DNA of 64,000 nt from Haliotis cracherodii (GCF_022045235.1 NW_027266275.1:59210001-59274000); one strand, 5' to 3'. Numbered from the stretch's first letter, positions 1 through 13,416 are shown. Numbers and translations are program-made. Notes: a model not told the origin generated them from the sequence alone.

Positions 1-37
1 GGTTTTGATTTTGTATTATTGTATTTGCATTTCAAAG

Positions 38-3000
38 GCAACACATGGAAATGAAGGTATATGAGTAGGGTTCGTGTCGTTGCGTAAATCATAAACTGTA
101 CATTTTTGTGAAACTAAGTATGTCCTTTAGGTACATGTTGAACTGATGCCTTTTGCTACTTTTTAAAATTGTTTAGATGTTTTTATATATCAGGCAAAAA
201 CAACATGGACTCAAACGCAGTAGTTCAAAACTCATTGAATGTTTCTTCATGAAATTTGGTAAGCTCAGATATCACGTGGTTCCCTGTAACCGATGCTTGT
301 TTTGAAAGGTGACTAAATGGATCGGTAGGTCAGAATTGGTGACTTGGTTGATTGTGTGACTTCGTACCCTGGCAGAGTTAAATTAAAGAATAGTTTAATT
401 TTATTTTGTTATTTTGTTATGGGATTATAATTAAGAGTTTTGAAAATACTATATGTAACATTGCTATCGAATGAATTTTTTTCTATGGAAAAGTGTCATT
501 ACTAATTCACGTGATTGGAAGGTATAAAAGCATTTTAAAAAATAGGGGATATAATTCGTTGTACTTTCAGTAACCAGTCATAATGTCAAATGTGCTAACA
601 TTTATAGGATTAACCATTTATGGTATGATGAGATCTATGTCATATCTTGTGTGTCATATTATGCACATATTCATAAGGGCGATATCGATAGTTTCTTTTT
701 CTTCTTGTAATTGAAACACAATCACAACTTATTTTCAGGAAAGATTGCAGAAATATAGCCTCGATTAGGCTCCCTTTCACAATGCCATAATCGATCTTAT
801 GACGATCCTACTTTTGTGTTAAAGGAATCAGAGTTACCAAAATCGCTTTCTGGAACAGGTAACAGACGTGTATGCTAATTAACTCACGTCATTAATATGT
901 CGGAGTCACATTTTAAAGTTTTTCAAATGATTTGAAATACGTTCACACCAAATTAGTAGTAGTCCAAACACAACCGTATATCTTAATTGTATCCTACTAT
1001 AATTATGCTTATCTCTCTTAACCACCAGGCCCCAGCATTCGATCGTAAGTACATTGATGATAATTATATATACAACACAAGGAACAAACATTAATGGGCG
1101 TGTGGCCCAACGTGAAAGGAACAAAATGTATTCACATATTTAGCATAACTTACCAGAAAATCTAAATGTATGTATCTTTATGAAAAACATATCAAAACCC
1201 GTAATGCCTCAGAATAATTTCAACGGGGAATAATAACTAAAATCAATAAAGGGGAAAATATGGAAGTTATGAAACATATAATGTTTATCCTTATTCCACA
1301 TGATGATCAATTTTAAATTGAATATTGTAAACATGTTTATATTTTCTTATAGCGGCATATCCTGAGGAAAACCCTGGTGAGTTATGATTAAACATTAAAC
1401 GATATGATTTTACCCTCTAATGTAATTTAACATTGATATAATGCACCTATTATTGATTGTTTGGATATTACCAAAAGTGGTAAATGTCTAGGAATGTCGG
1501 ACATTTCTGACATGCCCTGATACAACGGAAATACTGTACAAAGTGGTCTTCAAATCCACACATTCACGTACATTATCCAGGATAAACAGCTGTTTTTGAC
1601 CCAAACCCAAGTTCTTTAGGCAATGGAAGATACATGAACTGAATAAAGTCAATGTTGTGGTAACATGCGCACAATCATCCATAGGTCTGAGCACGAGATC
1701 CCATGTATATGGTAAACCTTATATCTTCCCCCACACAGGTCTCTTTGAGGGTGACATCATTCTTCATCCGGGTCAAAACCCTAAGGTAACCATTCATCTG
1801 GCCTTTACTGTATCACTGTCAAATTAGTTGAATAAAACAGTTTTCAATTAAATGACGCATTATTTGAACAAGAAATTCCACACTTTAAAGTAAATCATCC
1901 CCAAACTGAATTCAACATATTTTTCCTTTGAAGAACCGAAATGCTCGAAGGAACAGGAATTATAGATGGCCGAACGGCGTCATCCCCTACGTCATAGACA
2001 CCAACCATTTCAGTGAGTACTGTTTGCAGTATACCAAAGCTGTAGCATGACGTGTTAGAACGTCAGCAGGTCGACTGAAAATTGAGATCTTTGAATGAAA
2101 CTTTCTTTAACTTACAAAATCTGTTAATTGACCTTCCTTTTTCCTTTTTTATTTTCTATTTCTGTACTCAACTAAATTAAGACAATCTTTAATAAATGGA
2201 TTTTACTATCGTGGACATCTTTACTACACAGATTTTGTAACTTTCTGAAACGCTTTTTCGATTTCTTAGTGAAATGGATTATTGGAGGTTTTTAGAAATC
2301 TTAATGTTGTTGTAAAGTGTTTCAATATCCTTACCTATTGACATATTTCCAAAATATTTAGCTTGTTTTATTTAGGAACTCAACTAAATTAAGACAATCT
2401 AGACAAATCATGGACATCAACAAGGTTTTGCAACTTTTACAAAACTTTTTATCGATTTCTTAGTACAAAGGACTTTTAAAGGTTTTTCGAAATCTGCTTA
2501 TGTTGTTCTTGTAAACTGTTTCGCTTGATCGTCTCTGTGGTATTATCAAGAGGTGGTATTGTCTGTGGTACTATCTTTGTCAAGGCGCCCTTGAGCAGAA
2601 AACCATCCATCAAGCCATAAGCAACTTACAGGAGAAAACCAAGGTCAATGGTAAAGCGTGCCTGACATTCAAACCCCGCACCAACGAGACCGCCTACATC
2701 AAATACCAAGGAGGAACCGGGTGTGTCCATGCTACACTATATTTTATGTTGCCAACGTAAATATTCCTTACACAGTGTCTCACGAAATCTGCAGTTCAGT
2801 CAACACCTGCTGCAGTAAATGTAGTAGTGACAGAGAGAATGGGACTCGTCAAGCGGGGCATAGTGATTTCAAAGTAGACACAATGTATGGATAACATCTT
2901 ATTTATATACTGTAAAGGCGGCGTGTCGGTATAGATCCTTATACCGTTGCTAAACAAGGCTGACTATGGTAAAAGGACCTATACAGAAACGTCGAATTTT

Positions 3001-6000
3001 CGGGAAACAAAGAAGTTGTTATCCAAAATTGTATCTACTTATGTCATACTTCTAAGTATGCCTATAAGACAATTCAGTCTGGTGATATATTTGTATGATA
3101 TATAGTGCAAAGGCCATAAGAGAATGAGAAAAACTTTCTTCTCGTGTACACTAAAAGACGCAAATTGGCGCTGTCAAAATAAAACAAATAAGTGGCAATG
3201 TGGGGTGCTTTTAACAATCAGCTATCGGCACGGGTTTTGTCTTTAGTCAGTTCCTTCATCACCCGTGAATACACGGGGCGGTTTGGCAGTTTATAACCAA
3301 CGAATCAAGCCACGATCTGGTTCCAGTGAGTACCAATTAGCGCTCAGATTACATTGCACAAACTGCAATGTCTCATGCAACACGTGTCATTTGCTTCACA
3401 CATTGCTTCAGTATCAGGTGAGTGAGTGTGTGAGTATGGTTTTACGCCGCTTTTAGCAATATTCCAGCAATATCACGGCGGGGGACTCCAGAAATGGGTG
3501 GGTGGAGGAAAGTAGTGTATCTAATCCCGTGTGGTAGTGACGATGTGAAGCAGTTAATATTGAGGACAGTCATTATGTAAAATTCAGTCCGAGATGAGAT
3601 GAATTAAAGTGAGTGAGTTAGTTAGGTTTAACGCCGCTTCCAACAGTTATCCGGTTATATCACGGCGTGTCAGCTTAATGTGGGAGGAAAGCCTGAAGTG
3701 ATGTAGTTCTCAGTGAATATCTGCCGAAAAAGATTCCATGGGGCGTAACAGGCAAAATAGTGAGGGAAATAATATGAATTGATCACTGAAAATCAGTGAT
3801 GACACCAGGAAAAGGGTGAGCTTGTCCTGAAGCACTCGCTCACGCATCCCCGCGAAAATAAACCTGGGCTGGTAGTTCCTCTAGTTCTGTTGTGTTCTTT
3901 CAAAGTGAGTGAGTGAGTGGCTACGGCACTGCACATTGTACCCATGTCGGGAATCGAACCCGGGTCGTCGGCGTGACGAGCGAACGCTTCAACCACTAGG
4001 CCAACCGACCGCCCCTTCTTGCAAAGATATGATCGTTGTTGTAGGTGTCACACACCAGTTGGCTATCACCACACTGTGTCCGGTGTCACCCTTGGAGTTG
4101 GGTGTGGCAGAATCGGCACCATCATGCACGAGACAATGCACGCCCTGGGCTTCTGGCACGAGCAGAGCCGCCCCGACAGAGACAACTACGTCACCATTGA
4201 CTTTAGCAACATCCAAAAAGGTATATCGTAGGTGAACAGAAATTAATTATTTGAATGTTAACATTTTCAATTTAACTTCCAGATAAGTAAGCTGAGTTAA
4301 TCAATTCAGTTCTCTTGTGAATTAATTCACTAGATCTGCAAATTCAGCTCATCATAAAGTAAAAAGCTTCATTTTATACTTCAGTGTGAAACACTGAGGT
4401 TTCTGAAGTTGAAAAAAGTGATATTTTCATTGCAATGAACATAACACTTGATAATTCACTGCAGTGAACATAACACTTTGACGGAACTATTGTCTTACTT
4501 CCCTGCCAATTATCTCCCCTTTAACGTATGTATCTAGCCCGTACACAAACTGTTGACATCCTGTTTACGTTAGTTCCACACTGACAAGGCAAAATAATAA
4601 CAGATGGTCATTTATGTACGACAGCCTAATAGTGCCACTTTAGTAGCATAATTGTATTTTTCCAAAATCGAATTTTCTCGTACTTTCCATCATTTTCTTA
4701 ATTTCGAATTCCTTCTTGTTACTTCGTGTATTTTCTTGCTACTTCGTGTATTTTCTTGTTTCTTCGTGTATTTTCTTGCTACTTCGTGTATTTTCTTGTT
4801 ACTTCGTGTATTTTCTTGCTACTTCGTGCATTTTCTTGCTACTTCGTGCATTTTCTTGCTACTTCGTGTATTTTCTTGCTACTTCGTGTATTATTTTGCT
4901 ACTTCGTGTATTTTCTTGCTACTTCGTGCATTTTCTTGCTACTTCGTGTATTTTCTTGCTACTTCGTGCATTTTCTTGCTACTTCGTGTATTTTCTTGTT
5001 AATTCGTGCATTTTCTTGCTACTTCGTGCATTTTCTTGTTACTTCGTGTATTTTCTTGCTACTTCGTGCATTTTCTTGTTACTTCGTGTATTTTCTTGCT
5101 ACTTCGTGTATTTTCTTGTTACTTCGTGTATTTTCTTGTTACTTCGTGTATTTTCTTGCTACTTCGTGTATTTTCTTGTTACTTCGAGCATTTTCTCGTT
5201 ATTTCAAGTTTATTTGAAATGATTAAAACTACGAGAAAATAAGGGAAACAATGACAAAAAACTTTCGAGTGTGAAATGAACTTGAAATAACGAGAAAATA
5301 ATCGAAATAACGAGAAAAACTCGAAGTAACGAGAAAAAATAATATAAATAATTAAATTAACGCGAAATGTTAGACAAACATATGCTACACAACTGGTACC
5401 ATTGGGTTTTGTGTTTATATAGTTGTTATCGCTTCTTGTCGTTTGTTATTGTCTTGAAAAAGTTTCATTATAAACTGTAAAATTCTCATTTAACTCATAA
5501 ATCGAGATTTTTTGGTTTTCAAAGAGCCAATTTTGTAACTTGACCAGCGTGTATTCTTTCACTTCCAACAACTGTCTCGTAGATTTCAAGAATTTTTGTT
5601 GATTTTGTACAAAATCATATCCAAATGTAAGATAAAAACTTGTATTTACCTTAAACATTTTCTGTTACATTTGTTTATATTTTTTCAAATTTTGTGAACA
5701 TGAGACTACTTTTTAAGTCGCAATTACAATGGGTTAGGTAGGGAGAATATGCGTTTTATGGTTTTAATCTTCCGGTTAACAACTACTCAATTATATCTGT
5801 TAAATATGATATTCCATGTGTCGACTCAAATGTCGTGTTTCTCTCAAAGGAGATATTCTACTCTACACATGAGATATCCTCCATATACCGTTCTATATTG
5901 TAGGGCACGAACGCAACTTCGACAAGTACACCACCACACAGGTTGACACTCTTGGACTCCAGTACGACTACGAGTCCGTCATGCACTACAACGCCTACAG

Positions 6001-7674
6001 CTTCGCCGTCGACCGCAGAAAGCCAACCATTATTGTCAAGCAGAAGGGAGCAATCATTGGACAGAGAACTCACCTGAGTCCTTTTGACATCAAGGAGATC
6101 CAGATGTACTATGGTTGTTTGGCTTCCCAGGGCTCCCTCAACACGCCAGCTCGTAAGTCAACTAAAAACTTCAGCATAAAGGATAGTTATTCTTGTAAAC
6201 GTAAATCACGTTAAACTGAGGAGCGCTATTGGAAGTTGTGTTATTTATGTATTTCCGCCATACATAAATGAAATGATTATTCGATGGTGATGTATTTGAT
6301 ACGTGTATCATAGGCGATATTCCATGCTTCATATAAACGATCAACTCATAAGAGGTGACGTGAACATGGCGTCTGAAGGAACACGGAGGTAGCAATTTCA
6401 CAGTTCACGGTACTGAGCAGAGTGAAGTGTGAATTTTGCCCGGCAGTTTACATCCACTTGTTCAGAGTTCCCAGGAGTAGATCTTCGTTTGGTTTCTTTA
6501 ATTTATTTCAACGTCATACAAATGGTTAACTGTGGTTCCTTTTTATGTAATTGTTTTTGTTAAATGTTATTGTACTGTAGAAATGAACATCACGACCTTC
6601 ACACTGCTTTTCAGCTGCAACACTGTCATCTGGCCAATGTAAGTAAGGCATACATCCTTTTCTTTAAACACTGTTCTTCAGGGATAAAGTCATGAAGGTG
6701 CATAGATTTAGTATTACGCTACACATTACTAAAGTAATTCAAGTCACCCACTGTATCCAAACAAAAGAATGTCCTTGATGTCAACTAAATAGTATTGTTA
6801 TATCTACTTTCAACATGGAGACTATATACCCCCTGTTACTCATGTCCATTATGTGCATTGTACTGGGTTGTAGAAACGATGAATCACGTTATGAAGATGA
6901 TGAAAATGACAATATGTGCATGTGCTTCTATGTTTGTAGCGTTAGCTCGTCACGAGGAAGACCCGGGTTCGATTCCCGACATGGGTACAATGTGTGAAGC
7001 CCATTTCTGGTGTTCCCCGCCTTGATATTGCTGTAATATTGCTAAAAGCGGCGTAAGACCATACTGACCCACTCACTATTTTTGAAATGTTGATAGAAAA
7101 ATATCACACTCTTATAATTATCAATCCGACAAATAACACCAAGCAGATTGTATGAAATAACTTCCACAGCAGACACCAGTTTGTCTCAGCACATATCCCT
7201 GAACCCTTTTCTCTGTTTGTAATTAGCTGCTGAAACCTGTACCTTCCAATCCGATTTCTGCACATGGAGCAACGTTGGAGGAGACAACATGGACTGGCTC
7301 CGTCAGAGGGGCCAAACCCCAAGTGTCGAGACTGGTCCCACGTCCGACCACTCGGGATCATCAACAGGTCAGTCTGTGACGGGGTTCACTGAGCATCTTC
7401 AGCTGTGTGACACCAATACACTGAACATAAAACACATTCTAGTTCAAATAATCATTGATACACTATTTTAACTTCCCTAAATTCAGTAAGTAAGGATACG
7501 ATTTATGGATGAACAGCTTCTTTATTACAATCAGGAGCGACGTTTCGGTGTAGGTTCTAACACCGTAATCAAGCAAGCGATAATTAAATACTGGACAAAT
7601 GACGTGAACAAATCGTGTCATACACGATCATCTCCCCCCCCCCCCCCTCTGCTGCATTTTAATTTTTTAATCTG

Positions 7675-7725
<51 letters not shown>

Positions 7726-10700
7726 CTGCTGTACCCGTCCTTTCGTATTCGTTTGGTGTTGTTGATTGGACGAAACGAGAAATTCAGGGTACTGACACCC
7801 TCACACAAAGAATCATGTCAGACAATAGATCCACCACCCTCAATCTTCCCTTAATCGCTTATATACCCTTCACAAAAAGAAACGCAAAGCCAGATTTGTG
7901 TGAGCTAGAAAAATACATTTACACGAGGAACCGTACAAGGTATTGAGCCAAGATATTGTGGAGAGAACACATGGTGATTGTAGTCATCTCAGTTTTCGGT
8001 ACATAGGAAAAGTCCAAGGTAAAGGTCAGCTACTATCAATAACGCATATGTCCCCCGTTGGAATCGATAGCGGCCTGACATCTCCTGGCCATTGAAGAGA
8101 CAAGTATGCGAATCACATCTTAGGGAATGGTAGCTCACTCGACCTGCTACAGAAAAAGTTGACGTCGGCGTAGCCGTCTATTCAATTCATCCCGTAGATG
8201 CTCTATCGGGTTCAAATCTGGGGATCTGGAGGGCCAGGGGAGAACATCAACGATGGTGTTGTGTAGACAGGTTCTTGTGATCCGTGCTGAATGCGATCGA
8301 GCGTTGTCCCACTGGAATACACCGTTGCCGTTGGCTGCAATTGGGAGGACGTGTGTTAAGAGAATTTCGTTGATGTATCGTTGAGTCGTAAGATTGCCCT
8401 GGATATGGACCAAACATGTCCTGCAATGATGAGAGACAGCCGCCCACATCATAACACTACCCCCACCAAACCTGTCCACTTCCTGTACGCAGTTTCCGGC
8501 GTAACGTTCTCGCCGACGTCTGTAGACCCGTGCTTTTCCATCTCCTCCACGGAGAAGAAATCTTGATTCGTCGCTGAACCAGACATCTCTCCATCGCAGT
8601 TGAGGCCATACCCTGTGTTGACGACACCAATGTAGTCGTTGTTGACGATGTTGTCTACTCAATATGACGCGTCGAACAGGACGTTTTGCTCGTAAACCTG
8701 CTGCTCTTAAACGGTTTCGTACGGTCTGGTCGGAGATTCTGCACAGTCCGGGTATTTGGGATGCGGTTGAAGTGGCTGTGGTTGTCCTTTCACGTAGGTG
8801 GCGCAGTCGGATGTAGCGATCTTGGGCGGGGGTGGTACTCTTGGTCGTCCCGAACTTGGCTGATAACGTGTTGATCCATGCCGTTGAGACCGATCCCATA
8901 GCCTTGTGATGGTTCTGGGCGCTACATTGAAAACCCTGGCTACAGCTGATCGGGATTCCCCTCTCTGAAAGCGACATTGTTTCTTTGCACTTCTGTTAAT
9001 CTTGTCATGTTGTTGAACTGTCACTGTTCGATTGATGCAGATGCCAGGCAATCCAAAATCCCGCACTATAATACCGTTCATAGTGCAGCTGCACGCGAAG
9101 TACGTGCAGCTCCATGGTCCCTTTGTTAATGCACTGGGTGCGCTTTTCCGAATCGTACGTGTTTCCCATACCAATGGTTTGCATGTCCTTGTTGCGATCA
9201 TTTTGATCCGGGAAATTTGTCACTGACACCATAACACATTAAACCTTTTCATTTTGCACCTCTTGGTCCGCTAATTTTGCTTTAATTGCCAAAAATATTC
9301 GTATTGCGTTTCTTTTTTTAAAGAGTATATTTACCAGTTATCATGGAAGGCGTGGTTTGATTAAAGTGGAGGCTCTTCATGATAGAATTGGATTGTTCAC
9401 TTTTGCACACATTTATTTGTCTGATGATCCTCTTGTGAAGCATGTGAAGACTCATAATGAAAAAAAAGGCATTCCACACTTTTCTTAAACGAGCCAAGCC
9501 GGGACATACTCTCAATGTCAATGTTAATTTTGTTGACGGTTCTGTACTGCTGGACTGTACGGAAATGAGTGTCATCCAAGCGAAGTGCCATATCAAATCT
9601 CAGGGTGAGGCTTTCTGAACGACCACTGCATCGAGTTTATGTGCAGTGTGTTGAGAAGGTGAGCAACCCTGCAGAGTCCTTAGCTTGGATGAAGTCGGCT
9701 GGCCTGAAAAGTGAAACAGAAGGCTTTCTGTTTGCTGCTCAAGACCAGTAATTTCACACTCGAAACCGTCAGTGTGTATACTTTGTATCAAAATGTAAAT
9801 ATAAATGTACATTATGCAATGAAGTTAATGAGACTGTCCAACACATTGTCTGTGGACAAGCGACATAATGGCGTGGCTCGATCATTTTATTACCGTCCTT
9901 GACAGGCGTTATGGAAAAAAATAAATACAAAATTCTTTTGAATAGGACGGTATACAGCCTCAGACTTATCCAGGCCCTCAAATCTGATCTTGTCCTTTTT
10001 GATAAATCAAATGACATCATTTATATTATTAAATTTTCTGTCACTTTTGACACTAAAGTGATTGACAAGATTCAGGAAAAAGATGGAAAATATGCGGACC
10101 TCGCTTTCGAAATGTCACGCTTGCATCCCAAGTAAGAAGTTGTCCGACTCCCCGTTGTTCTCGGTGTCTTAGGTTTGGTACCTCTCAGTTTGTTAACTTA
10201 AATTGGGAGTGTACACGGGTTTGCTACCAGGAATACAGGCCTTCTGAAAAAACCGTGTAATGCAGAAGGCAGTCTTCATATTCTCCGAAAAGTTCTGGGT
10301 GGGTTCGACTAGGCAGCCCTCCTTCGCTGTTTGGGCTGCATGTAGAGGTGAGAAGGGCCCTGAGCTTTTGATGAGCCTAACCAGCCATCGCCACGTTCCT
10401 CAAATGAGAACTTAGCGCTGCGATGATTGTAAGCCTATGTTAAAGTATGGGACTTACAATCAGCTTAGTGCTAAGATCGCTTTGGGGAACGGGGCCCTGA
10501 CTGTGCCAGGATCACCCACACCATCTTTGCTGCATTTTTATTTTAATCTGTATATAATACCCATAAAAAATATAAATTAAACATAAAATAGTCACCATCC
10601 ATTAATGTCTTTCTTAAATACTTATAAAACCCCACTTCATTTTATGTTCTGTAGTGTAAATAACAGTCATATTTTAATGTTGTTGTAAGGTTACTACGCC

Positions 10701-11165
10701 TACCTTGAAGCCTCAGGACACAGCAGTCAGAAGGGGTACCTGCTGTCTCGCCCCCTGCCGGCCGGATACTACTGTTTCAGCATGTACTACTACATGAGCG
10801 GTCAAGATGAAGGTAGCCTTAAGGTCGAGGCTGTTTTGGCAGATAACAACAGGACAGTTATTCATACCGTTACTGGTAACCAGGGCAACGCTTGGCATCA
10901 TTACATCGTAAACGTGAATCTGAACGGAAACAACTTTCACGTAAGCATTACGGAAATAAGAATACACATGCATTTCCAGTACACTTGAACTTTGATAATA
11001 TGTACCCCGAACTGAGACCATTGGTCCATTTTTGTATCCTTTTTATTTATTTAACTTCAGCTCGAAATCGAAGGTGACGTCGGCAATAACTACAGAAGCG
11101 ACATCGCCATCGATGACATCACAATTCATAGCGGTGACTGCACCACTTTTCCCGCTGCCGGTTAG
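38..11165 (+). CDS. Astacin-family (M12A) zinc metalloprotease with C-terminal MAM domain, copy A (divergent paralog; signal-peptide exon probably upstream of the window)
   Basis: GT-AG exons read by eye: 38-56 (tentative micro-exon), 1353-1376, 1739-1785 (LFEGDI pro-peptide motif), 1934-2012 (RNA..WPNG), 2585-2720, 4045-4220 ([19 protein letters not shown] = HExxHxxGxxH), 5904-6152 (SVMHY Met-turn, GQR), 6615-6638, 7227-7367, 10690-10940, 11061-11165 (MAM: [10 protein letters not shown]...DHS...YAYLE...DIAIDDI, stop TAG). Phases join without stops. Confidence 0.9.
2888..3040. mobile_element. Two back-to-back degenerate Penelope-like element termini
   Basis: Inverted pair of the motif (A)ACGGTRTAAGRATCTAYACCGAAACGTCG...GTTGTTATCCA, which also terminates the PLE fragment at 20690-20765. 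Confidence 0.45.
3418..4015 (-). mobile_element. SINE family 1 copy split into tail (3418-3500) and head (3930-4015) by intervening sequence
   Basis: Both pieces match the copy at 13417-13576. Confidence 0.65.
4712..5200. repeat. 20-bp minisatellite (TTCTTGCTACTTCGTGTATT), about 24 units, in the intron following the zinc-motif exon of copy A
   Basis: 20-bp periodicity directly visible; inverted related units (AAATAACGAGAAAA) follow at 5230-5365. Confidence 0.95.
6940..7077 (+). mobile_element. tRNA-derived SINE, family 1 (5'-truncated)
   Basis: B-box GGTTCGATTCC, body shared with 13417-13576, ACTC tail. Confidence 0.8.
7866..9325 (-). mobile_element. Tc1/mariner DNA transposon (DD34E), about 1.46 kb
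   Basis: Imperfect TIRs (CCCTTCACAAAAAGAAACGCAA / TTGCGTTTCTTTTTTTAAAGAG), TA on both sides, transposase on the minus strand. Confidence 0.9.
8147..8977 (-). pseudogene. Tc1 transposase (frameshifted N-terminus, premature stop)
   Basis: [26 protein letters not shown]; 34 residues between the second D and E; HTH region (VARVFNV...SGRPR) lies in another frame. Confidence 0.85.
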
Positions 11166-12223
11166 AGGGGCGTGGAGACAGGATACATCGACATCTGAAA
11201 TATAGCAACAACATCAAGCTCGTAAATATTTCGGACTTTAGATACGGAGTTGTTATTTGTTATTAAGTTAGAACTAATGTATTAAACTATGTCTCATATC
11301 CATCGGTTCACAAAAGAGTAACGACACGGGTGGCCCAGGCGTTTTGATGCCGCATTTCGCAATGCAGTGTTCCGTCTTATAACCCGTTCACATGCACAAC
11401 ATTTACATACGTAAGTGATTTTACACATGTGTAATTATACATACGTGCGTATATGTAAATTTACTACGCCTTCACATGAAAAGCCTCTTGGATGTGTAAA
11501 TAAAGTGTTTAAATTGTGTAAGGCACACATATTCGTCAGAATGAGAATGAGAAGAGAGTTGCATCACCGAAAAGTTTCGCGTGAAGCGAGATGTGTTTGA
11601 TTTAATTTGTACACAAAGTTTTGACACCTTGAAACCAAAAGAAAACACCTTCCGCTCAACTCAAAGGTTGGCAAGTGTTGACAATTTGTTTGGTGTTGGC
11701 AAAAGAACAGATATTAGATCATCCTCTGACGTTGACATAAACGTTCACATTGCAACATATACACACAGTGCAAGTTTACATTTACATTTCCACCTGCTCC
11801 ATGCAAATTTGCTCCTGGTGTAAATATACACACATAACAAGTATACTCACGTATGTATTTCTACACACGTGTGCATATATACAGACATATGAATAGAGGC
11901 GCATAACGGGGTTTTAGGCGTGAAACATATGATCGTGGGATTCGTTCTGAAAATGATAATGCTGATAATGCATGTCGGTCTGACCAAAGTGTAAGTCTAC
12001 GATCCGCATCACTTCGTGCTGTCCCCCTACATCAAGGTGCCACGTACTCGTACGCTATGATATAATCGACATATTGGCCAAAGAGGGATTACGAAGGTCG
12101 TACGCCGCTTTTTACAATGTTGTAGCTCCTGAATGGTTTTCATACATTGTACCCATGTCGAGAATCGAACTCGGGGCTTCGGCGTGGCGAAAGAACGCTT
12201 TTACCACAATACTATCCCCACTG

Positions 12224-12450
12224 ACCCGGGCCCGTGAAGATCAGGGTTAGAATTGATCTTCAGCAACCTATGCTGAATCGGGATCGGGTGATCAGGCTTA
12301 GTGTTGATGCGTGTCATCGCATCACAATTGCGTAGACCGATGCTGATGATGTCAATCGCCAGATTGACCGGGGCAGTCTTGATTATTTCCAGATCGCCAT
12401 CATAATATTGCTGAGTGCGGGGTGAAAGAACAAACACACAAACAAACCCA
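12224..12450 (+). mobile_element. SINE family 2 fragment
   Basis: CCCGTGAAGATC.GGGTTAGAATTG.TCTTCAGCAACC motif and (AAAC)n tail shared with 16458, 49194 and 57941. Confidence 0.65.
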
Positions 12451-12805
12451 GTGTCCCGACGTCATGAATGATACACTGAGACGTCAGGAGGTGTATTACG
12501 CCAACAGCTTTGTCCACATTAAATAAAGGCCGTCTCCTTCGACGTATAAGAACAGCTGTAGGTAGTGAATATTAACTGTACACAGATCACATCCCAGGGA
12601 CGTGTATGATCTTTGCCGCTGTGTGGTATCAACGTTGTAACATCTACAACCTGTGACGTATGCCTGTCCTCTCACATTAAAATGACAGGTAGTGTTTTAT
12701 ATATATGAAGCGTTAAAATGTAACATTTTATAAACTTGATGGAAAAGCCGGTGAGGTTGAAGACCTACATGTCTGCATCAGTATTTTACTGCTCTTTTCA
12801 TATTA

Positions 12806-13219
12806 GAAACGTGCCAAGTTTAAACAAAGAACTTGCATCTGATGGTGATGAAACGTGCCAAGTTTAGACAAAGGACTGGCATCTGATGGTGCTGAAACGT
12901 GCCAAGTTTAAACAAAGGACTGGCATCTGATGGTGCTGAAACGTGTCAAGTTTAGACAAAGGACTGGCATCTGATGGTGCTGAAACGTGCCAAGTTTAAA
13001 CAAAGGACTGGCATCTGATGGTGCTGAAACGTGCCAAGGTTAAACAAAGGACTGGCATCTGATGGTGCTGCAACGTGCCAAGTTTAAACAAAGGACTGGC
13101 ATCTGATGGTGCTGAAACGTGCCAAGTTTAAACAAAGGACTGGCATCTGATGGTGCTGAAACGTGCCAAGTTTAAACAAAGGACTGGCATCTGATGGTGC
13201 TGAAACGTGCCAAGTTTAA
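12806..13219. repeat. 44-bp minisatellite, 9 full units plus a partial unit
   Basis: Unit GAAACGTGCCAAGTTTAAACAAAGGACTGGCATCTGATGGTGCT at 12806, 12850, 12894 ... 13202. Confidence 0.95.
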
Positions 13220-13416
13220 TCATTTAAACATAAGCAATACATTTTAGTTGTGAAATGGTTTGTATGCAAGTAGAAATTTGTCCAATGACTTCCCTGCTTG
13301 GATGTATTCAGCTGAGATGTCATGATCTTCCAGCAGACAACAGTGATGACATCCAGAGATAAATTCATTTACATAACTCACAATTGACGCATCCAGATTG
13401 ACGTATAAATAATGAT

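Larger units (their letters stand above)
7724..10553 (+). mobile_element. 5'-truncated, decayed R4/Dong-like non-LTR retrotransposon (RT C-terminus plus restriction-like endonuclease), interrupted by a Tc1
   Basis: Translations [25 protein letters not shown] (7725-7865), GRRGL after the Tc1, [21 protein letters not shown] (about 9690-9750), [24 protein letters not shown] (about 9980-10130). Many frameshifts; preceded by (TAA)n at 7676-7723. Confidence 0.75.

Noticed and set aside
523-622. TATA at 523 plus ATG at 583 ([13 protein letters not shown]) as first exon of copy A
   Set aside because: Phase-compatible but with no similarity to exon 1 of B, C or D; the micro-exon at 38-56 fits the conserved exon-phase pattern better. 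It cannot be excluded without transcripts.
4652-5242. Long hydrophobic ORFs in three frames
   Set aside because: Translation of a stop-free 20-bp minisatellite inside an intron.
11380-11900. Possible degenerate MITE downstream of copy A
   Set aside because: Only diffuse inverted similarity; termini could not be defined.
12806-13219. CRISPR-like array
   Set aside because: Units are contiguous with no unique spacers, there are no cas genes, and the context is eukaryotic.
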